From positions 96,991-160,990 of the forward strand of contig CAZMSH010000002.1 of assembly GCA_964568875.1 (NCBI GenBank): a stretch of 64,000 nucleotides of DNA, in the 5' to 3' direction. Source of the stretch: an uncultured Rikenellaceae bacterium (lineage in GTDB: Bacteria; Bacteroidota; Bacteroidia; Bacteroidales; VadinHA17). The notes beneath the pieces were generated by a model that was given only the letters and a program-made list of their open reading frames with translations, did not search any database and had not been told where the DNA came from. This document shows positions 18,167 through 25,503 of the stretch, piece by piece (the stretch's first letter is position 1; the number at the start of each line of letters is the position of its first letter). Both the position numbers and the translations under genes were made by a program.

Positions 18167-18916
18167 ATGAAAAAGATCGATTTTAGCTACTTTATTGAGC
18201 GGTATATCTCTGAGGAGATGAAGCCGGAAGAGAAAGCCTGGTTCGAGAAAGAACTCGAAGGTGATACTGCACTTCGCAGAGAAGTTGCTCTCAGACGCCA
18301 AACTGACGAGATACTGAAGAAAGACGCAGACATCCTTGCACTTCGCAATAAGCTGGAAGTCATTGCAGCAGACCATAAACGCAAGAGACCGGCGGCAGCC
18401 AGGATGACATTTACAAAATACGCAGCCGCAATTACGCTGCTGATACTCGCCGGTTCAACCATCTGGCTAAGTTCCGCCAAAATGAGTAATGAAGAGATAT
18501 TTGAACAGTTCTACTCAATTGTTCCGGTAGCAGGTGAATCTGTATCGCGATCCCTGTCAATAAGTCCCGATGATGCATATCTCAAAGCCTTCAATGAATA
18601 TAGGAATGGTGATTATAATAAGGCAATTTCTCTTTTTCTTCAGTACACTTCAGTAAACCAGGATAATCCTGAGATTTACATGCTGCTGGGTAACTCGTAT
18701 GTTGAAACAGAGCAATTTACAGAAGCGGGAGCCAACTACAGGAAGGTAGTTGATCATAATGACAACCTCTATCTTGAGGATGCGAACTGGATGCTGGCAT
18801 TATGCTACCTCAGGACAGGAGAGACTGACAAGGCCAGATTGCAGTTGTCGATGATTGCGGAATCAGACAGCAGGCATAACCGTAATGCAGCCAAGGCGCT
18901 TAGAAAGTTAAGATAA
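18167..18916 (+). CDS. Anti-sigma-like single-pass membrane protein with extracytoplasmic TPR domain
   Basis: 249 aa. The N-terminal ~85 aa form a helical cytoplasmic segment (FIERYISEEMKPEEKAWFEKELEGDTALRREV) without a zinc-finger Cys/His motif. A basic stretch KRKRPAAAR precedes the TM AAAITLLILAGSTIWL. The C-terminal part is TPR-like (YRNGDYNKAISLFLQY, MLLGNSYVETEQFTEAGANYRKVV). The anti-sigma role is inferred from architecture and context only. Confidence 0.5.
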   Translation: MKKIDFSYFIERYISEEMKPEEKAWFEKELEGDTALRREVALRRQTDEILKKDADILALRNKLEVIAADHKRKRPAAARMTFTKYAAAITLLILAGSTIWLSSAKMSNEEIFEQFYSIVPVAGESVSRSLSISPDDAYLKAFNEYRNGDYNKAISLFLQYTSVNQDNPEIYMLLGNSYVETEQFTEAGANYRKVVDHNDNLYLEDANWMLALCYLRTGETDKARLQLSMIAESDSRHNRNAAKALRKLR

Positions 18917-18957
18917 TTGACTCCTGTTGTTTAATAATTGATATGAACTAAGTAGAT

Positions 18958-19791
18958 ATGTTTGATATGTCTGGCGCACAGAGAGAGAAGGAGACAGTTG
19001 CAGGGGGCAAAATTGGTGAAGGACAGATTCAAACCGGCAATGGCCTGAATATGCTGAATAATCCTGAAATACTGACCGGAATGTCTCATGAGATGAGAAC
19101 CCATATGAATGCTATCGTTGCATTCTCGTTTCTCATGAACAACAATGAGAGCGGTGAGGAGGAAAGGAAGGAGTTCAGCAACTACATTATCAACTCATGT
19201 GAACAACTATTGGTTCTCTTCGATAATTTCCTTGACTCAGCAATAATTGATACGGGTAATTCAATTAATGACCTGAGGAAATGCGATCTAAATGATCTTA
19301 TCATGGATCAGATGTCTGACTTGCGTACTCTGATGACCCGCTATGACAATAAAGCGGTGGAGCTTATTCTTGATGACAAGTGTATTAAACCAGGGAGTGT
19401 CTATATTGACATCAATAAAGTCTCCAGGGTAATTCGTAATCTTTTCCAGAACGCACTTGAATCTACGAATAACGGATATATACGCATAGGCTACAATATT
19501 GATAGTGATAAGATTACCTTTCATGTACTAGATTCGGGACAGGGTTTTCAGAATAGTAACAAGTTCATTAATTCCCGGATCGAGGACAATCTTAACGGCA
19601 ATGCCGTAGACACCAAGGCAGCAGTAAACCTTATTCTGGCCAGAAAGCTGGTGGCCCTGATGCAGGGTAAGATCTGGGTTGAAAAAAACGGTGTCACCGG
19701 TACAGGCGCATATTTTTCATTGCCATTAAAGGAGCAATTATCAACAAACGGCACAGGTAAACGCGAAATCAGAACCCGAATGGCCATCTGA
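18958..19791 (+). CDS. Soluble histidine kinase core (HisKA + HATPase_c) without a recognisable sensor or TM domain
   Basis: 277 aa. H-box MSHEMRTHMNAIVAF, N-box VIRNLFQNALEST, G1 VLDSGQGF, G2-like TGTGAYFSLP. Only ~40 aa precede the H-box. No response regulator is present in the window. Confidence 0.8.
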   Translation: MFDMSGAQREKETVAGGKIGEGQIQTGNGLNMLNNPEILTGMSHEMRTHMNAIVAFSFLMNNNESGEEERKEFSNYIINSCEQLLVLFDNFLDSAIIDTGNSINDLRKCDLNDLIMDQMSDLRTLMTRYDNKAVELILDDKCIKPGSVYIDINKVSRVIRNLFQNALESTNNGYIRIGYNIDSDKITFHVLDSGQGFQNSNKFINSRIEDNLNGNAVDTKAAVNLILARKLVALMQGKIWVEKNGVTGTGAYFSLPLKEQLSTNGTGKREIRTRMAI

Positions 19792-19844
19792 TAGTAGTTA
19801 TAAAGTCATACCCAGTCTGCTAACTTTTTTGTGCAGCTTATTCA

Positions 19845-19880
19845 GGTCCACCCTCCCGGGTGGCCCTGAATTATTTTTTG
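19845..19880 (+). terminator. Putative terminator after the peptide/anti-sigma-like/kinase transcription unit
   Basis: GC-rich hairpin CCACCC-TCCC-GGGTGG (19848-19863) followed by CCCTGAATTATTTTTTG. It overlaps the 3' end of the convergent OmpA-family gene. Confidence 0.5.
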
Positions 19881-21820
19881 ATATCGACTATCTTAACCTC
19901 AGTTCTTCTGTTTAGCCTTCTGCCTTCAGATGTGGTGTTATCGTCAACAGGTTGTGACTTGCCATACCCTTTATACGACAGCCGCGAAGGATCAATACCT
20001 CTTTCTGTAAGGTATCTAACCACTGCCAGAGCCCGTTTCTCGGAAAGAGCCTGATTGAGTTCATCTGATCCGGTATCATCAGTATGGCCGCCTATTTCAA
20101 CCTTCAGACCTTTGTTTTCGGTAAGTAGCCTTACCAGCTTCCCTAGCTCCGGCATTGAATTTTTTAACAGCTCTGAACTGTTAATATTGAACAGCACGTT
20201 GTACAATACCAGCTTTTCTCCCGGCCTTATCAGATTCAGGTAGATATCTTTAACCAGGGGTCTGAACTCTGTATATTCATCTTCAAAAGGGAAATTCTCG
20301 GAGTAGAACAGATATCCTTCCGCTGACACATTCAGCCCATATGCAAACCCGGATGGAAGACATACCAGAAACTGTCCGTCGTCAGTGGTGAGTGCCCGGT
20401 AGATAATCTCGCCGGTAGTCAGATTAACAAGTTCAAACCTGGACTTTAGTCGCCTGCGTGTATCGTAATCGTATACACGGCCTCTGAGGTATGATACCTT
20501 CTCAGGTCTTACCTCCTCATGGAGGTCGAAGCTGAATATGTCCTTTTGACGTGTCGCAGTGGTTGCAGATGAGTAATAGGCCCTGTACCCGTTTGATTCT
20601 ATTGCCAGTCCCATCTCGTCGTTGTGTGTATTTATAGGATATCCGATATTAATTGGTTCACTCCATTCACCATTATCCGACATCCTGCTCATATAGATAT
20701 CGAAGCCACCCATATTAGGCTTACCGTCAGAGGAGAAATAGAGTGTCTTACCATCGAAGTGTATGAAAGGAGTAACCTCGTCTCCAGGAGTATTGATAAC
20801 ATCACCGGCATTTTCAGGCTCCCTCCAGTTACCGTCATCTCCCATCTTAGATATCCAGATATCAAGTCCACCGAAACCGCCGGGTCTGTTACTTACAAAG
20901 AAGAGTGTTTTACCGTCAGCGCTGACAGATGGCTGAGACTCCCAATAGGGAGTATTCACAGGTTTGCCAACATTAACAGGTACCGACCAGTTGTTGCCGT
21001 CAAAAGAAGAATAGTAAATATCACATCTTCCAAGACCGTCTGGTCGGTCGCAGGCGGTGAAATACATAAAAGTACCCCCGGCTCCTATCGTCTGAGCCCC
21101 CTCATTACCCCGCGTATTGAGTGGCGATCCTGCACTGACGGCCCTTGTCCATGTACCATCATTCTTTTTGTAGCTGACGTAAAAATCCTCCTGCTTCATA
21201 CCTGAGAAATAGTCATTCCCCCCTGTTTCAATTTCCCTGGTGAACATAAGCGTGTTACCATCAGCAGTGATTGCAGGAGAATACTCATTGAACCTGGTAT
21301 TTATGGAATCTCCCATATTAACCGGATTAAAAGCAACAGGATCGGCTACAGCCTCTATTGCATAGAGGCAGTTTTCAATCAGCAGTGCCGCCTCGGCACG
21401 TAACTTCTCCGATCCCTCTCCTGTCTCCAGAAATAACCTTAAGCTCTCCATAGCTGCCTCGTATTGTCCTGTTTTGAACTCTGAAACACCAAGATAGTAC
21501 CAGCCGAGCTTGTAATCATGTTTATTAATTTGCAGTGCCCTGCGGTAATTTTCAACAGCAGTTTCAAACATACGGCGGTCATAACTTATTTCTGCGAGAA
21601 GTATATATGCTTCGTAGAAACCATCATCAATACTTATGGCTTCCCTAAGGCGCTCTTCAGCAGACCTGTAGTCATAAAATTCGTAAGCCCTCTTTGCTTC
21701 AGTAAATGCCCTTAATGCCCTTTGTGACCTGGTATGATAAGTCTGTCCCCAAACACATAAGAACGGGCCCATAAAAACAACGAGCAGTATAACCACCAGA
21801 TATTTCTTGACCTGCCTCAT
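19871..21820 (-). CDS. OmpA-family protein with TPR, TolB-like beta-propeller repeats and C-terminal OmpA/peptidoglycan-binding domain
   Basis: The C-terminus IGGHTDDTGSDELNQALSEKRALAVVRYL...NRRTEV is OmpA_C-like. The middle has repeated propeller motifs (E.SP.IS.DG.TL.F.S.R.GG.G..DI). The N-terminal part is TPR. I chose the start at MRQVKKYLVV (21820) because it gives a signal peptide; the ORF track extends to 21868. Confidence 0.85.
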   Translation of the reverse strand: MRQVKKYLVVILLVVFMGPFLCVWGQTYHTRSQRALRAFTEAKRAYEFYDYRSAEERLREAISIDDGFYEAYILLAEISYDRRMFETAVENYRRALQINKHDYKLGWYYLGVSEFKTGQYEAAMESLRLFLETGEGSEKLRAEAALLIENCLYAIEAVADPVAFNPVNMGDSINTRFNEYSPAITADGNTLMFTREIETGGNDYFSGMKQEDFYVSYKKNDGTWTRAVSAGSPLNTRGNEGAQTIGAGGTFMYFTACDRPDGLGRCDIYYSSFDGNNWSVPVNVGKPVNTPYWESQPSVSADGKTLFFVSNRPGGFGGLDIWISKMGDDGNWREPENAGDVINTPGDEVTPFIHFDGKTLYFSSDGKPNMGGFDIYMSRMSDNGEWSEPINIGYPINTHNDEMGLAIESNGYRAYYSSATTATRQKDIFSFDLHEEVRPEKVSYLRGRVYDYDTRRRLKSRFELVNLTTGEIIYRALTTDDGQFLVCLPSGFAYGLNVSAEGYLFYSENFPFEDEYTEFRPLVKDIYLNLIRPGEKLVLYNVLFNINSSELLKNSMPELGKLVRLLTENKGLKVEIGGHTDDTGSDELNQALSEKRALAVVRYLTERGIDPSRLSYKGYGKSQPVDDNTTSEGRRLNRRTEVKIVDIKK

Positions 21821-21822
21821 TG

Positions 21823-22449
21823 TCAGGGTATTTTCATGTACTTGTGCGCCTGGAGCGATATCATCCATTTAGTATTCCTCTTGACGTATTCCACAATCTC
21901 TGGTATCATGGTTTCACTAACGCTCCACTCGGGCTGAAGATAAAGCAAGCATTCTCTTTTCACTTGTCGGCTCTGTTCCTCTGCCCAGAGAAAGTCAGAT
22001 TCATCACTCACAACAACCTTCAATTCGTGTGCCATTTCAATTACCGGAGGAACCGGAGGCATGTTCTTCTTTGGAGAGAGACATATCCAGTCCCATTCGC
22101 CAGATAACTGATAAGCGCCGGAAGTTTCGAGGAAAGTCATTATTCTATTGCGTTTGAATAATGAACATAACAGATTGAGATTCCACATAAGCGGCTCTCC
22201 CCCGGTAACAACCACAGAGTCGGCGCCTGAAGCCAAAACTCTTCTGACAATCTCTTCGGAATCTGTAACTGGATGAATCTCAGGGTTCCAGGAAAAGCGT
22301 GTATCACACCAGCTGCATCCTACATCACACCCGCCTATCCTGACGAAATAGGCAGCCTTGCCTGTATGATACCCCTCTCCCTGTACTGTGTAGAAATCCT
22401 CCACCAACGGAAGTGCCTTGCCATCACCAGGTAGTTCATTTCTTTTCAA
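21823..22449 (-). CDS. queE: 7-carboxy-7-deazaguanine synthase (radical SAM)
   Basis: 208 aa. FYTVQGEGYHTGKAAYFVRIGGCDVGCSWCDT carries the CX3CX2C cluster motif in QueE context. GGEPL is also present. Confidence 0.88.
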   Translation of the reverse strand: MKRNELPGDGKALPLVEDFYTVQGEGYHTGKAAYFVRIGGCDVGCSWCDTRFSWNPEIHPVTDSEEIVRRVLASGADSVVVTGGEPLMWNLNLLCSLFKRNRIMTFLETSGAYQLSGEWDWICLSPKKNMPPVPPVIEMAHELKVVVSDESDFLWAEEQSRQVKRECLLYLQPEWSVSETMIPEIVEYVKRNTKWMISLQAHKYMKIP

Positions 22450-22477
22450 TTGGCAGTCATCAGTTTATACAAATGTA

Positions 22478-23578
22478 TCACTTTATTCCGAGCCCCATCA
22501 CCATCCTTTCGAACAATTCGGTGTTTTGCATTATGCCGCTGAATTTCTCAGCACCGGGTCCGTAGGCAAATACCGGGACCATTACAGCTGTATGCCCTGT
22601 AGTCGGCCATATGACTTCAACTCTTCTCTCACTCAGGCTTCCACCTGTAAGTGCCATTCCCCCGGTTTCATGATCAGCCGTAACAATAACGAGAGTGTTC
22701 CCGTCATCGGCAGCAAAAGCCAAAGCTTCACCAACTGCCTCATCCAGATCAAGAGTCTCCTGGATATTATATTCAGTATCACTGTCATGTCCTGCCCAGT
22801 CAATCATTGAGGCTTCAACCATCATAAAGAAACCCTTGTCATTCTCCCCGGAAGAGAGAATATCAATTGCTTTTCTGGTCATCGCAGCCAGAGATATTGG
22901 TCTGCCCTCCCCTGCTGTGGGCAGGTGACTCTCACTGAACAGGCCGGCAACCTTTCCTTCTGTTACTACTTCCAGTTCGTCAGGAGTTGTAACCACAGTG
23001 TAACCCATCGCTTTAAGACTGTCTACTAGGTTTCTGCCGTCTCTTCTGCTATTGAAATACCTCAGTCCCCCGCCCATGAAAAGGTCAACGGTGCCGTTAA
23101 GGAAGGCAAGTGCAATATCCTCCTGGTGATTTCTTGACACAACGTGAGCCACAAAAGCAGCCGGTGTAGCATGAGTTACAGAACTTGTGCTGAGAATGCC
23201 TGTTGCCAGTCCGTTCCTCGACGCTATTTCTGTAATATTATGAACCACAATACTATCCTGGTTCATGCCAATCATGCCATTACGTGTCTTTACTCCCGTA
23301 GCGATTGCGGTGCCTGAAGCCCCGGAATCGGTTACATAGTCGTCATATGAAGATGTCATGGTAAGGCCAGCAACAGGCATTCCCTCAATATGCAGTGGGG
23401 CTCCTGCTACAGAAATGGCAGCAGTCAGCTGTGCAACGCCCATACCATCACCAATAAATAATATGATATTCTTCGGTTGGCTGGCAGTATAGTTTTCATC
23501 TTTTGTTGCCAGACATGACACAGCTACTATCACAGCCATCAAGACAGCCGCCATCAATAATACTCGTGATCTTTTCAT
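22478..23578 (-). CDS. Alkaline phosphatase (PhoA family), secreted
   Basis: 366 aa. It has a signal peptide, DGMG, the nucleophile context VTDSGASGTA, and the metal ligands DWAGHD and TADHETGG. Confidence 0.85.
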   Translation of the reverse strand: MKRSRVLLMAAVLMAVIVAVSCLATKDENYTASQPKNIILFIGDGMGVAQLTAAISVAGAPLHIEGMPVAGLTMTSSYDDYVTDSGASGTAIATGVKTRNGMIGMNQDSIVVHNITEIASRNGLATGILSTSSVTHATPAAFVAHVVSRNHQEDIALAFLNGTVDLFMGGGLRYFNSRRDGRNLVDSLKAMGYTVVTTPDELEVVTEGKVAGLFSESHLPTAGEGRPISLAAMTRKAIDILSSGENDKGFFMMVEASMIDWAGHDSDTEYNIQETLDLDEAVGEALAFAADDGNTLVIVTADHETGGMALTGGSLSERRVEVIWPTTGHTAVMVPVFAYGPGAEKFSGIMQNTELFERMVMGLGIK

Positions 23579-23643
23579 TCTATAAATGGTTTTTAATTAA
23601 TTCATTTGCTTTATTATATATCTAACTCTTTTCATATTAATGA

Positions 23644-25407
23644 CTACTTGTCACCATAAACCATGGGCCACTCTCTTTCGACAGCCATGGCAGCCTGCTT
23701 CTCAGGTATTACTTTCCAGTTTGACAAAACCGCGGGTCTGAGTTCTCCTTTATCCTCAATCCATTCAATCATATAGAACCTGAGATCTCTGTCGGTAGAA
23801 TAAACGAGTCTTTCCAGCGCCTCTTCAGCTGAAAGCCCGGCACCATATCTTATATGTCCACCGCCTCCGCTACCCCGGTAACTGTTTATTGCTACACTAT
23901 ACAATGAATCAGGATGGAAAGGCCGGCCGTCAGACAGAGATATGATATCAACCCTGTCTCCGGGTTCTTTGGTAATATTAACTGTATATTCTATCCCGGC
24001 AGCAGAATCGAAATTGTAAACAGGCTGCGATAGTCGTAATCTGCCATTTGTAACAACCGGTTTTCCGTCATCTCCTCTTCGGTAATTCAGCATATAATTA
24101 TCATCGGGCGTCATGGTATTGAACCATCCCTCGACCGAGTGCTCCATAAATCCGTCAATCTCGCTTCCGCTAAGATGCATTGTATACAGCATATTCTCAA
24201 AACGGTAGAGTTTGAACATATCTGCTACCAGTACGGGTCCGGGACCGATACTCACATCAAAAGAGAGCGGAGCTGCAAATGATATGTCTGCACCCGTTAA
24301 ACCCATCTGAACAGTATGTATCATTCCTGTAAAGGCCGACGGGCCGAAAACAGCATCACGGGAAGAGATTTCCTCCGGAGCTTCTCCTATCTTCCTGGAC
24401 ACAAAACTCTTTACATCTTCAAACTGAACTGCAAACCTGCTTTCAAATTCCTGGTCGGAATTTATCCCGGCTGTCTCAATCAGGCTGCCCTCAAACCTGA
24501 ATCCTTTTTCAGAGCCCTTTTCCCTGTAAACGTCCACTCTTGCAATATTGGCTGCCCTGCTTCCTGCATTCAAGATAAGGACAGTATCACCGAACTTGTT
24601 AACATATCTTGTGTTCATGCGTGAATGATCATGACCGGTGAATACAACATCAAAACCCTGTACATTATATACAACAGCATTTGATGAATTGCCCGGCAGA
24701 GGAGTCTCAGCATCATCATTCCAGCCTGAATGAAAAAGACCTACAATGATGTCGGGATTTCTTTGCTTTATCTCTTCCATCCATTTTGAAGCTGTCTCCG
24801 TCATGTTTTCGAATCTCATTCCTGAGTAGAGAACCGGTGGGAGCCAATTGGGAACAGATGGAGTAATAAGGCCCAAAACTGCAATTTTCAGGCCTCCCTT
24901 TCTGATTATCGTATAGGGCTCAAAGTAGGGAGCGCCGCTTTCAACAGATACAGCATTTGCTGCGAGCATCGGGAAATTGTACTGCTCTCTTATTCTGTCA
25001 TAAACAGGATGTCCGGCTTCTATATCATGATTACCTACTGTGGCAGCATCATAATTAAGATAATTAAGCATCTCTGCACAAAGGTGAACCGATACCGTGT
25101 CGATGAAGTTATAGTAGTAGACCTCAGGCTGCCCCTGCAGTATGTCCCCGTTGTCAAGCAGAACTGTTTTGCTTCCTGATTCTCTCTGCTCTTTTACATA
25201 TTGTGATACCGAAGCAAGAGAATAAGGAGCAGGACGCTGATTGATGAAGTCGTACGGGAAAAAAGTTCCGTGGATGTCTGTGGTTCCCAGTAAAACCACC
25301 AAAGGTTCATCACTTTTTCTACAAGAACTGCAGAAGATAAGCAGCATCAATAATAGTGTTGAAGTACTTCTCAGAATAATCTTCATGAAATTAATTTTTT
25401 TTGCCAA
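23644..25407 (-). CDS. Bifunctional metallophosphatase / 5'-nucleotidase (UshA-like), lipoprotein-like signal
   Basis: 587 aa. Calcineurin-like motifs TTDIHG, DNGDILQG, GNHD and GHDH, plus a C-terminal 5'-nucleotidase substrate-binding domain. The N-terminus LLIFCSSC looks like a lipobox. Confidence 0.85.
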   Translation of the reverse strand: MAKKINFMKIILRSTSTLLLMLLIFCSSCRKSDEPLVVLLGTTDIHGTFFPYDFINQRPAPYSLASVSQYVKEQRESGSKTVLLDNGDILQGQPEVYYYNFIDTVSVHLCAEMLNYLNYDAATVGNHDIEAGHPVYDRIREQYNFPMLAANAVSVESGAPYFEPYTIIRKGGLKIAVLGLITPSVPNWLPPVLYSGMRFENMTETASKWMEEIKQRNPDIIVGLFHSGWNDDAETPLPGNSSNAVVYNVQGFDVVFTGHDHSRMNTRYVNKFGDTVLILNAGSRAANIARVDVYREKGSEKGFRFEGSLIETAGINSDQEFESRFAVQFEDVKSFVSRKIGEAPEEISSRDAVFGPSAFTGMIHTVQMGLTGADISFAAPLSFDVSIGPGPVLVADMFKLYRFENMLYTMHLSGSEIDGFMEHSVEGWFNTMTPDDNYMLNYRRGDDGKPVVTNGRLRLSQPVYNFDSAAGIEYTVNITKEPGDRVDIISLSDGRPFHPDSLYSVAINSYRGSGGGGHIRYGAGLSAEEALERLVYSTDRDLRFYMIEWIEDKGELRPAVLSNWKVIPEKQAAMAVEREWPMVYGDK

Positions 25408-25503
25408 AAATAGTCACACCGACGCTATATATTAACACGATATTGGTTTTTTTGTTGTTAATAAATCATTAATTTGTTGCTTGTTAATTAATGCTATCTT
25501 AAT

